Below, piece by piece: positions 10,654 to 20,133 of a DNA stretch of 64,000 nucleotides. This DNA comes from a virus (Duplodnaviria; Caudoviricetes): IMG/VR virus record IMGVR_UViG_3300022695_000065, positions 5,937-69,936 of that record, one strand, 5' to 3'. A program made the translations under genes and the position numbers. Under the pieces are notes generated by a model, which did no database searches, was not told the DNA's origin, and saw only the letters and a program-made list of their open reading frames with translations. Every line of letters begins with the position of its first letter. Within the stretch, counting starts at the first letter, position 1.

Positions 10654-11836
10654 TATGGCTACCTCTGAAGAATTGAATGAAGAAGAAGTAAATGCTGAAA
10701 ATAATAAAATAGATGAAAATAATGATACTACTACTTCTGAAGAACAACCTAATGCTTTAAATATGTCTGATGAAGATTTTAATAAACTTCCTTCAGTACT
10801 TGAATCTAATATGTCTACTAATGTTGAACCAGTAAATGAAGACACAGATAAGGATGTTAATGATGAGAATCAAGAAATTGATTCAGAAACAAAAACAGAA
10901 GAAGATAACGATAAAAAAGTATCTGAAGACATTGATGAAGAAAAAAATAAATCAGAAGAAACATTAGATACTGAAGATAAAAAACCTTCAGATGAAAATG
11001 CTGAAAAAGAATTTGATTATGAAGCTGAATATAAAAAAATATTAGCTCCATTTAAAGCTAATAATACAGAAATGCATGTAGAAAATGTAGAAGATGCTAT
11101 TACCCTTATGAAAATGGGGGCTAACTACAATAAAAAAATGCGTGGATTAAAACCTCATATGAAAATTATTAAAATGCTTGATAATAATGATTTACTTGAT
11201 GAGGATAAACTAAATTTCTTAATAGAACTGGATAAAAAAGACCCAGATGCTATTACTAAACTAATCAAGGATAGTGGCATAGACCCACTCAATGTTGATG
11301 TAGAAACTAAAACTGATTATCAACCTAAAACTTACACTGTTGATGATAAAGAAGTGGAACTGGATGCTGTTCTTGAAGATATTCAAGATACTCCTGCATA
11401 TGCAGACACTATTGATATTATCAGTAATAAGTGGGATCAAAATAGTAAACAACTGTTATTTAATGAGCCAGCTATTATTAAAGTTATTAATGAACACGTA
11501 GAATCAGGTGTATACAATGAAATAGCTTCAGTAATGGAACGTGATAAAGCGTTAGGCAAATTAAATGGTGTATCTGATCTGGAAGCTTATAAAATTACAG
11601 GTGAACGTATGCAAGCCAATAATGAATTCAATTCACAGAAAAATTCGTTAACTAATGTTACTAATAACACCGAAGTACCCAGTCAAAAGCAAGACCCTGC
11701 AATACGAGATAGAAAGAAAGCTGCTAGTAGCACTAAAAATTCTCCAACCAATAAAAAAGATATGAATAATTATAATCCTCTAGCTTTATCTGATGAAGAA
11801 TTTGAAAAAATGACTGCTAACACTTTCTTACGTTAA
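10637..11836 (+). CDS. N4 gp57-like protein (acidic, scaffold-like)
   Basis: Acidic N-terminus; ILAPFKANN..LMKMGANYNKKM motif; immediately upstream of the capsid gene. Confidence 0.8.
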   Translation: MRRMNSMATSEELNEEEVNAENNKIDENNDTTTSEEQPNALNMSDEDFNKLPSVLESNMSTNVEPVNEDTDKDVNDENQEIDSETKTEEDNDKKVSEDIDEEKNKSEETLDTEDKKPSDENAEKEFDYEAEYKKILAPFKANNTEMHVENVEDAITLMKMGANYNKKMRGLKPHMKIIKMLDNNDLLDEDKLNFLIELDKKDPDAITKLIKDSGIDPLNVDVETKTDYQPKTYTVDDKEVELDAVLEDIQDTPAYADTIDIISNKWDQNSKQLLFNEPAIIKVINEHVESGVYNEIASVMERDKALGKLNGVSDLEAYKITGERMQANNEFNSQKNSLTNVTNNTEVPSQKQDPAIRDRKKAASSTKNSPTNKKDMNNYNPLALSDEEFEKMTANTFLR

Positions 11837-11877
11837 TCACAATGTAATTTTAAATGTTAATATGAAAGTTAAATAAT

Positions 11878-13407
11878 ATGCCACAGATTTATAATGATCC
11901 CGCAGGTGGACTTCCATCCACTGTCGGTAAACAGTTTCGTACTGATTTTTATCAGAAACGAGCTTTACTTGAAGCTAAAAAAACTCAGTTTTTTGGACAA
12001 ATGGCTGATACAATGAATATGCCCAAAAATATGGGTAAAACTATTAAACGTTATCATTATCTTCCTTTACTTGATGATGCTAATATTAATGATCAAGGAA
12101 TTGACGCAAATGGTGTAACTACCGTACGCGAAGTATCTATCGCTATTACTAGTATTGATGGTATTGCTCGTATTCCTAATCATGGACGATCAGTAGGTAA
12201 TATCACTTATTTCGTAGGTGATGGTGCTAATGCTACGGCTGCTGAAACAGCCGCAGTTCTTACACTAATTAACTGGGCACAGGCTCCTATAGTAGCAGGT
12301 GGTCTTGGACTAACCCTTGTTGGTATAACAAATGATTTGAAATTTGCAGATGCAGTTAATTCTACAAATGGGCAAGCTTACCTTAAGGGTTACCGTTTTA
12401 TGCAGCCTGATGGTATTACTGTTATACAAGCTGCTGCTGGTGCATTAGCAGCTCAAAGTGTACCCGCTTCTGGTAACCTCTATGGTTCATCTAAAGATGT
12501 AGGATACATTGCTGGTAAACTGCCACTTATATCTGAAACTGGTGGATTTAAAAATCGTGTTGGCTTCAAACGTATTGAAGTTACAGGCACTCTTGCTAAA
12601 TTCGGTTTCTATGATGAATACACTCAAGAATCTATTGATTTTGATACAGATGCAGAACTAGAAATGCATATTAATAGAGAAATGGTTCTAGGTGCTAGTG
12701 AAATGACTGAAGATGCCCTTCAGATTGATTTACTTAATGCTGCTGGTGTAATTCGTTTTGGAGGTATAGCAACACAGACCTCTGAAATTACTGGTGAAGG
12801 AGCCAATGTCTCTACTATTAATTATTCTGACTTAATGCGACTAGCTGTTGATTTGGATGATAATAGAACTCCTAAAGATACTAAACTTATTACTGGTACT
12901 CGTATTATAGATACACGGGTAGTTAATGCAGCCCGGTATATGTATGTTGGTTCTGAACTTACTTTGATGCTTAAAGAAATGACTACTAATTTTGCTGGTG
13001 CTCAGGCATTTGTTTCTGTTGAAAAGTATGGTGCTGCTACTACTATTGCAGTAGGAGAAATTGGTGTAATTGACCAGTTTAGAATTATTGTTGTACCTGA
13101 AATGATGCATTGGGAAGCTGCTGGAGCTACTGCTACAGGGGCTAACATTGGTTACCGTGAAACTAATGGTAAATATGATGTATTCCCAATGCTTGTTGTT
13201 GGTTCAGGGTCATTTACTACTGTTGGGTTTCAGACAGATGGTAAAAGTGTTAAGTTTAAAATTAAACATTCTAAGCCTGGTTCTCCAGAATCGTTCGCAA
13301 GTGATCCTTTCGGTGAAACTGGTTTCATGAGTATTAAATGGTACTATGGAACTATGATACTTAGACCAGAACGTATTGCATTAGTTAAAGTAGCTGCTAA
13401 ATGGTAA
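11878..13407 (+). CDS. Major capsid protein (N4 gp56-like) with internal insertion
   Basis: YLPLLDDANINDQGID, GNLYGSSKD, EYTQESIDFD and DPFGETGFMSIKWYYG match the N4 MCP motifs. Confidence 0.95.
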   Translation: MPQIYNDPAGGLPSTVGKQFRTDFYQKRALLEAKKTQFFGQMADTMNMPKNMGKTIKRYHYLPLLDDANINDQGIDANGVTTVREVSIAITSIDGIARIPNHGRSVGNITYFVGDGANATAAETAAVLTLINWAQAPIVAGGLGLTLVGITNDLKFADAVNSTNGQAYLKGYRFMQPDGITVIQAAAGALAAQSVPASGNLYGSSKDVGYIAGKLPLISETGGFKNRVGFKRIEVTGTLAKFGFYDEYTQESIDFDTDAELEMHINREMVLGASEMTEDALQIDLLNAAGVIRFGGIATQTSEITGEGANVSTINYSDLMRLAVDLDDNRTPKDTKLITGTRIIDTRVVNAARYMYVGSELTLMLKEMTTNFAGAQAFVSVEKYGAATTIAVGEIGVIDQFRIIVVPEMMHWEAAGATATGANIGYRETNGKYDVFPMLVVGSGSFTTVGFQTDGKSVKFKIKHSKPGSPESFASDPFGETGFMSIKWYYGTMILRPERIALVKVAAKW

Positions 13408-13434
13408 TTTACTAATTACTTAATATAATCATAT

Positions 13435-13461
13435 AAACTACCCCTGTAATGGGGGTAGTTT
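13435..13461 (+). terminator. Intrinsic terminator after the capsid gene
   Basis: AAACTACCCC / GGGGTAGTTT 10-bp stem ending in a T run. Confidence 0.75.
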
Positions 13462-13505
13462 AACTTAATTAAAATTTATCAAATAAACAAATAAAGAGAA
13501 ATATC

Positions 13506-14099
13506 ATGACAGACCAAAATGCAGAAGTAACTGTAACTGCACAAGATGAATTAATTTCATTAAAAAAGCAGGCAGATATAATGGGATTAAAATATCATCC
13601 AAGTATAGGATTAGGAAAATTGAGACTTAAAGTAAAAAATACTTTATCAGATGAACCTGTTGTAGAAGTTGAAGAGCAAGCCGGGGTAGCCATTAAACTT
13701 GTTGAAGAAGCACCAGTAAAGGAAACTCACCTACAAATGGTTAAAAGACTTCGTAAAGAGGCTACAAGGTTAATACGTGTTAGAGTAACATGTATGAATC
13801 CAGGTAAGAAAGACTGGGGTGGGGAAATATTTACAGCATCAAATAGTGTCATAGGTACTATTAAAAAATATGTACCATTTGATAATGATGAAGGTTGGCA
13901 TATACCAGTTATTATATATAATATGATTAAAGAACGTAAATGTCAGTTATTTAGAAAAGTTAAAGATTCTAAAGGCAGTAATATTACTTCAACTAAATTA
14001 ATTTCAGAATTTGCTGTAGAAAAAATGGATAATCTAACTTCTAAACAATTAGAAGATTTAGCCCAAAGACAAACTATTTCCGGTTCTGTAAGAAATTAA
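13506..14099 (+). CDS. N4 gp55-like conserved protein
   Basis: LKKQADIMGLKYHPSIG..LIRVRVTCMNPGKK pattern; position after the MCP gene. Confidence 0.75.
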   Translation: MTDQNAEVTVTAQDELISLKKQADIMGLKYHPSIGLGKLRLKVKNTLSDEPVVEVEEQAGVAIKLVEEAPVKETHLQMVKRLRKEATRLIRVRVTCMNPGKKDWGGEIFTASNSVIGTIKKYVPFDNDEGWHIPVIIYNMIKERKCQLFRKVKDSKGSNITSTKLISEFAVEKMDNLTSKQLEDLAQRQTISGSVRN

Positions 14100-14117
14100 T
14101 AATTAAGGAATAATTTA

Positions 14118-14999
14118 ATGGCTATTATTAATACTACAGATATTACTACTAAAGATATTGATGGTACTGGTGTCTTTGATGATTTAATGGTCACTGTACA
14201 AGTAAGACTTGAAGAAGAATTTACTAAAAATCGTATTCAAGGTACAGATTATTCTAAATTATACCTTGGAGCACTTACAGCAGTACTTCAAGAATCTATC
14301 CAATTTGTGCTAACTAAACAAACAGCAGATAAACAAGCTGATTTATTAACTGCTCAAATATTAAACGAAACTATTAAAGGTACTTTACTTACAGCAGAAA
14401 TAGCTAAAACTAACTCAGAAAAATTATTATTAGATCAAAATATATCTAATGCTCTTATTCAAGGAGCTAATTTAACTAAACAAGGATTAGAAATAGTAGC
14501 TCAAACTTCATTAATAGGGGCGCAAGAAACTAAATTAACAGGTGTAGACACTATTCTAGTTACAGCACAAACTAATAAAATTAATTCTGAAAAATCTTTA
14601 ACAGATGATGAAATTTTAAAAACTATACAGGAAACTGCTTTATTATCTCAAAATACAGCTAATGCTTTACTTACTGCCAGTATTATACCTAAACAAGGTA
14701 ATAAACTTGATACAGAAAAAGCATTACTCACTCAAAAAATAGATAGTGAAAAAGCACAAATATTAGATGTTATTAATTTATTGCCTGTTACAGGTGTTAT
14801 AGGTAAGCAGAAAAGTTTATTCTCTGCACAAATAGCAGGATTTGATAGAGATGCTGAACAAAAATTAGCTAAAATTGCTGCTGATGCATGGGCTGTAGAA
14901 GCTTCTATTGATAATACAGTTATACGACCTGTTGGTATTACTGATATAGATGTTACTAACATTATGGCTAAAGCCAGAGCTGGAATAGGTGTTGTATAA
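14118..14999 (+). CDS. N4 gp54-like virion structural protein
   Basis: DGTGVFDDLM..NRIQGTDYSKLYLGALTAVLQ; internal TxLxxAQ-type repeats; gene order. Confidence 0.75.
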   Translation: MAIINTTDITTKDIDGTGVFDDLMVTVQVRLEEEFTKNRIQGTDYSKLYLGALTAVLQESIQFVLTKQTADKQADLLTAQILNETIKGTLLTAEIAKTNSEKLLLDQNISNALIQGANLTKQGLEIVAQTSLIGAQETKLTGVDTILVTAQTNKINSEKSLTDDEILKTIQETALLSQNTANALLTASIIPKQGNKLDTEKALLTQKIDSEKAQILDVINLLPVTGVIGKQKSLFSAQIAGFDRDAEQKLAKIAADAWAVEASIDNTVIRPVGITDIDVTNIMAKARAGIGVV

Positions 15000-15020
15000 A
15001 TAAACATATAAAGGTTAACT

Positions 15021-17288
15021 ATGGGAATATTTAGTGGAACAGATGTAGTATCAGTTTCTGTATCTGTCACTAAAATGATAGATAAACCAGTTAATATAAT
15101 ACAAGAATCTATAATAAATTCTGTAAGAAATAATAAATCAATAGCTTCAAATTTAGTAGTTGATGTAGCCACAAGTTTTACTAGTAATGTAGCATCATAT
15201 GTAAAATATGCTCAAAAATTTACTAAAGATGGATTACCTACTTCTAAATTTAATGGAGTATTTGGTACTTACGCTAATATAAATAATATTACTCCAGCCC
15301 AAGAAAATATAATTAAAGGTATAATAGAAACTAATGAAGGTACTACAGTTACAATAGATACTGCTGTAGTTTCATTATCTAATTTAAAATTTTTTGCAGA
15401 AGATTATTTAAATAAACAACCTCAAACTTTTTGGGATAATTTAAAAACTAATTTTAGTTTAGATAAATTAACCCATGGTTGGGTTATAGGAAAAGTTTAC
15501 TATAAATTAAATAATCCATATTTATTTATTGATTTAATCCAAGCAAATATAATAACAAGTTTTAATGTAGTAAATAAACCACCTTTAATTACTACCATAG
15601 AAACTAATATACCTTTTATAAATCCTAGTGATGTATATTATTTTATTAGGTATATACCTGATAATGCTACTACTACAATCAATGGAGCTGTATTCAAAAA
15701 TAACTTATTAAAAGGATATTATATACTAAAAAAGCATTGGATATACAGATTATTAGATGGTACTTATCCTCAGTTAAATAGTATTACAGACCCAATAGAT
15801 AGTGATGCTTATTTACCTATAGCTCCTATAAGACGTAATAAAGTAAATATAGTAGATATGAGTAACTCTGATCCAACATTAGTAAAATCTACAGAGGAAT
15901 TATTAAAAAAAATAAGTATTAAGTTAGATAATTTTACTAAAAAATTAATTGATCCTAATAACCCCACTAATATAGATAATGTTGATGAAGTTTATATAAT
16001 ATTCGCTATGGATGTTAATTCCAATAAACAAATATCTTTACAATATTTATATGAACATTTTAGAGAAAGTCATTATAAAATAGCTACAATGTATAATGGA
16101 ATAACAGGGCATTTCCCTGATCAACAAGATTGGATTAATAATTTACCTTTTGATACTAATATAAGAGGTCCAAGAAGTACTACTATATCAAGTCCTTCAT
16201 TTCACGCTACTATAAGTTATAATTATACTTCATTAGAAATAAAAACAGGGTTAATAACAGATACTCATCCTAATATTAATCCAATGGTTATTGTCCCTGT
16301 TATAGCCAATATAGATAATAATAATTATGGAAATAATATTATTAATAAACAAATTATATTAGGAATTAATCCAAGGAACCATATACTTATTTTAAGAAAA
16401 CAAATAACTTTAACCACTTTTACTGAATTAGTAATACATGGTTTACAAATAGAATACGCAGTATTTGAAGGAAAAAATCAAATAAATAATAGTGATTATT
16501 TAGCACCTAAATCGTTTTTTAGAAACTTATCTACTATGAATGATGGTGGTTTAATAGTTCCTGTAATTTATAGTATAAGTCAAAAATTTAATGCTAGTTC
16601 AGAAACAAGTATATATTATGAAAGCCTTAAAACTGTAGTACAAGCATTTCAAATACAACATTTAAGTTTTTTTCAAACAGGTATATTTAAAGCTTTAATA
16701 TCTATAGTTATAATAGTTATAAGTATTGTAACTAATACAGAAGCTTTTGTAGGGCCATTATTATCTGTTGTAGAACATCTATTTATTAATTTAATAATAA
16801 CTGCTATTATTGGATTTACTATTACAAAGATATTAACTATTATAATAGAAATAGTTGGTGCAAAAATAGGATTCTTACTTGCTGTAATAGCAGCAGTAGC
16901 TTCTATATATTATGGTAAGAATGATGGATTATTTAAATTATTTAATGCTGAACAATCATTAGCTTCAGTATCTGTTGAGTTAGCTAGTGCTACCACTACA
17001 GTAATAAATGATGAAGCATTAAAATTAATACAAGATAATGAAGATTTCTTAAAAACAGTAAAAGAAAAACAACAAGAAATTGACACAACTAATAAATTAT
17101 TAAATACTGGTGTATCTTTTGAATTATATAATATTATTAGAGCACCAATTAGGAATAATTTTAATGAAGGTCCAAATGCTTTTTATAAAAGAACAATACA
17201 TAATATGAATCCTGGAGCATTAACTTTAGATGTTATTAGCAATTATACTAATATTGCATTACAATTACCTAAACCTAAATCTATATAA
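15021..17288 (+). CDS. N4 gp53-like virion/ejection protein with C-terminal TM region
   Basis: Gene order; long hydrophobic stretch near the C-terminus. Confidence 0.65.
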   Translation: MGIFSGTDVVSVSVSVTKMIDKPVNIIQESIINSVRNNKSIASNLVVDVATSFTSNVASYVKYAQKFTKDGLPTSKFNGVFGTYANINNITPAQENIIKGIIETNEGTTVTIDTAVVSLSNLKFFAEDYLNKQPQTFWDNLKTNFSLDKLTHGWVIGKVYYKLNNPYLFIDLIQANIITSFNVVNKPPLITTIETNIPFINPSDVYYFIRYIPDNATTTINGAVFKNNLLKGYYILKKHWIYRLLDGTYPQLNSITDPIDSDAYLPIAPIRRNKVNIVDMSNSDPTLVKSTEELLKKISIKLDNFTKKLIDPNNPTNIDNVDEVYIIFAMDVNSNKQISLQYLYEHFRESHYKIATMYNGITGHFPDQQDWINNLPFDTNIRGPRSTTISSPSFHATISYNYTSLEIKTGLITDTHPNINPMVIVPVIANIDNNNYGNNIINKQIILGINPRNHILILRKQITLTTFTELVIHGLQIEYAVFEGKNQINNSDYLAPKSFFRNLSTMNDGGLIVPVIYSISQKFNASSETSIYYESLKTVVQAFQIQHLSFFQTGIFKALISIVIIVISIVTNTEAFVGPLLSVVEHLFINLIITAIIGFTITKILTIIIEIVGAKIGFLLAVIAAVASIYYGKNDGLFKLFNAEQSLASVSVELASATTTVINDEALKLIQDNEDFLKTVKEKQQEIDTTNKLLNTGVSFELYNIIRAPIRNNFNEGPNAFYKRTIHNMNPGALTLDVISNYTNIALQLPKPKSI

Positions 17289-17306
17289 GTTTATAAGGAA
17301 TATAAT

Positions 17307-17843
17307 ATGTTTCAAATACAGCCACAATTAAGTTTCAATTCTTCTTTAGGGGATACTTTAACTAGCTTTGGTTCTACAAATCCAAGCAATATAGGAGGTA
17401 TTATTAATCCATCTAATAATTTTAATTTAGCAGCCACTGGTGCTAACGGAGTAGCTAATACTAATTTTGGGTTATCTTTACAGGATTTAGGTATAGCTCC
17501 AGTAGGGCTAGATAATCCTAATCTTAACCCTTCGTTTAAACCTAGTAATTTTTCTTCTGGTTTAAATTTTGATAATATATTTAAAGCTGGTAAACTTGGT
17601 TTAGGTTTAGCAAGTGTATTACAGTCATTTGGTCAATTAAGTGCTATTAAACAAAATAATAAATTTAATCAAGATTTAGCTAGTACACAATTACTTAGTA
17701 ATGCTACCTTAACTCAGAAACAGTTAAATGATCAAAATGCTACAAGAAAACGTAGAGATGCTAGAAATAATACTCATACTGCTGCTGCTGCACCAACAGA
17801 TATATTATCAGGTATCCAAGCTTTCACCAATAGTCATGGATAA
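17307..17843 (+). CDS. N4 gp52-like small ejection protein
   Basis: Gly/Asn-rich with an amphipathic GKLGLGLASVLQSFG segment; gene order. Confidence 0.55.
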   Translation: MFQIQPQLSFNSSLGDTLTSFGSTNPSNIGGIINPSNNFNLAATGANGVANTNFGLSLQDLGIAPVGLDNPNLNPSFKPSNFSSGLNFDNIFKAGKLGLGLASVLQSFGQLSAIKQNNKFNQDLASTQLLSNATLTQKQLNDQNATRKRRDARNNTHTAAAAPTDILSGIQAFTNSHG

Positions 17844-17876
17844 TCTTTTAATTAATAATATCTATAGGATAATATT

Positions 17877-20129
17877 ATGCCTCCAATTACATTTCAAAAT
17901 ATAGGTCAACTAGATAGTAGAGGTTTTAATGCAGGTCTTATTGCTGGCAATAAAAATCTTAATGATAGTTTTAAAGGTATAACTGATATTTTAAAAGGAT
18001 TCGCTACTGAACAAGCTAATAATAACTTAACTGATCAGAAAGCTATTATCAGTAAACTTGGTTTAGGACAAGCTCAAGCTGCTATAGATTCAAGTGCATT
18101 TGATAGAGCTAATCTTCCCGGTAATACAGATGCTAATGCTGTATTTACAGCACTTCAAAATAAAGTAGCTAAAAATAAAACTGATTTTATAGCTAATGAT
18201 GCATTTACTACTAAAAAGAATGCTATTCATAATAGACCTCTACTAGCAGATTTAGCAAGTCAACTTAATAAAAAAGATGTTTCTATTGTAGGAGTACATA
18301 AAAGTAATTCTTATATTAATTTAACTCCTGAAGCCAAAAGTAGATTTGATACTACACTGAGTAAAAGTATATTTGACAAAAAACAAGAACTTTTAAATCA
18401 AGTGCATAAAACAGAAAAACCTTTAGTTGATCAAGCTGTATATCAATTAGAAACAGCAAGCCTAGATAAAAGAAAAGCTATGATGAAAGATTTTGTAGGC
18501 TCAGGAAAATTTAGTTCTGAAGCTCTTCTTGCTCTTAATACTGCTCTCACTGGTTCATACGCTAAAGATCAATTATTAACTAATAGTAAACAAAAGAGTA
18601 CAGATTTAGCAGCAGAAAATAAATTTAAACCTTTTTTAAGTGATACTATATCTGGAGTAGGTAAAAGGGAAAGTGATAAACTTGATAAACAAAAATCAGA
18701 TATTGCTGCTAAATATAAAAATATTTCAACAGTAGAAAATAAAGATGGATCAATCTCACTTTCATATGGAAAAAATGTTCCACCTGAACTTAAACAAAGT
18801 ATCTCAAATACACTCGCTACAAGTGCTGAGAATTTAAGAAAAGGTAGAACAGATAGACAAACTTCAAGTACTAATGAATTTATAGCTAATTCAGGTGTAA
18901 GTATAAAGGAAGCAACTATATTAAGAAATGACGCTGTTCGTCAGATAACTGAAGCAAATAAGTTATCTCCAGCAGTATCTGCGGAAGTAAAAAATAAGCT
19001 AAGTACGGATATAAATGTTACTGATGCAACTAATAAACTTAGTGCTGCTAAAACAGAGTTAAATTTATTTGAAAAAGCTGCTAAAGACAATTCTACTACA
19101 CCTGCTAGTAGTGACGCAGGTTTGTCCCAAATAAAATCTATGTTAGATTCTACTAAAAATTTATCATCTTCAGTTAAAGCTAAAATTATAGATTATATTA
19201 GTGGTGCAAAATCTTTTACAGATAGTAATGGTAATATCATTACAGATGCTACAGGTAATCCATTGTTACCTACTGCTGCACAAGTAAATTTAGCTATATC
19301 AGCTTCTTTTCATGATGGTTTATTTAGTAGTGGTAATGATGTATTTAGTTCTGTAAATCTTAATAAAAATATAACACAATTATTAATTGGTACAGGGAGT
19401 AGAGCTGCATTTGTTAAAACTAGAAGATTAGCTCTTAATAAAAGTATAGGTGATGCAAGTACTAATTTAATAGGTATTACCTCTAAAGCCACCTCTAAAG
19501 CTATTAGAGATTCTAGAACAGCACTAGGCATTAAATCAGATAATCCTAGTGCTTCTAATATATTTAGAAATGCTAAAACTATATCTTCAGAAGTAGGTAT
19601 TAAAAATTTTAATATTGCAGCAGCTAAACAAGTTAAAAAAGATAAAGCTAAAATAGCTAAAATTATTTCTGCAAGAGATAATAAATCTAGAGTATCTACT
19701 ATAAACGATATACCTAATACTATATTAAATAAGGTAGGATCATCAAAAAATGCTAAAAAATTAATTAAAGTAATAAAAAGTAGGTCTGCTGATATTTATA
19801 ACAGTAGTTTTAAAGAAGCCACTAGAGAAATAACTAATTCAATTAAAAAAGTTAATAGTTCTATTGGGTTATCAATAAAATCTAATATAAATAAAATCTT
19901 TGTAAATAAGATTGTTAATGATTATAAAGATAAACTAAGAGCTATAACTACTCATTCTGGTACTGGTCGAATAGGTGTTTATGATTTTAAAGCTGTTAAT
20001 ACTTTAGGTAAAAAATTTGAAAAAAATGTATTTATTTTTCTTGAAAAAAATAAAAAACAACAACAAGATTTGATAAATAAAAGAAATAAAACTAATAATC
20101 AAATTAGAGATGCTCTAATAGGTAAATAA
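17877..20129 (+). CDS. N4 gp51-like ejection protein
   Basis: MPPITFQNIG N-terminus; helical composition; directly upstream of the vRNAP gene. Confidence 0.6.
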   Translation: MPPITFQNIGQLDSRGFNAGLIAGNKNLNDSFKGITDILKGFATEQANNNLTDQKAIISKLGLGQAQAAIDSSAFDRANLPGNTDANAVFTALQNKVAKNKTDFIANDAFTTKKNAIHNRPLLADLASQLNKKDVSIVGVHKSNSYINLTPEAKSRFDTTLSKSIFDKKQELLNQVHKTEKPLVDQAVYQLETASLDKRKAMMKDFVGSGKFSSEALLALNTALTGSYAKDQLLTNSKQKSTDLAAENKFKPFLSDTISGVGKRESDKLDKQKSDIAAKYKNISTVENKDGSISLSYGKNVPPELKQSISNTLATSAENLRKGRTDRQTSSTNEFIANSGVSIKEATILRNDAVRQITEANKLSPAVSAEVKNKLSTDINVTDATNKLSAAKTELNLFEKAAKDNSTTPASSDAGLSQIKSMLDSTKNLSSSVKAKIIDYISGAKSFTDSNGNIITDATGNPLLPTAAQVNLAISASFHDGLFSSGNDVFSSVNLNKNITQLLIGTGSRAAFVKTRRLALNKSIGDASTNLIGITSKATSKAIRDSRTALGIKSDNPSASNIFRNAKTISSEVGIKNFNIAAAKQVKKDKAKIAKIISARDNKSRVSTINDIPNTILNKVGSSKNAKKLIKVIKSRSADIYNSSFKEATREITNSIKKVNSSIGLSIKSNINKIFVNKIVNDYKDKLRAITTHSGTGRIGVYDFKAVNTLGKKFEKNVFIFLEKNKKQQQDLINKRNKTNNQIRDALIGK

Positions 20130-20133
20130 TATA

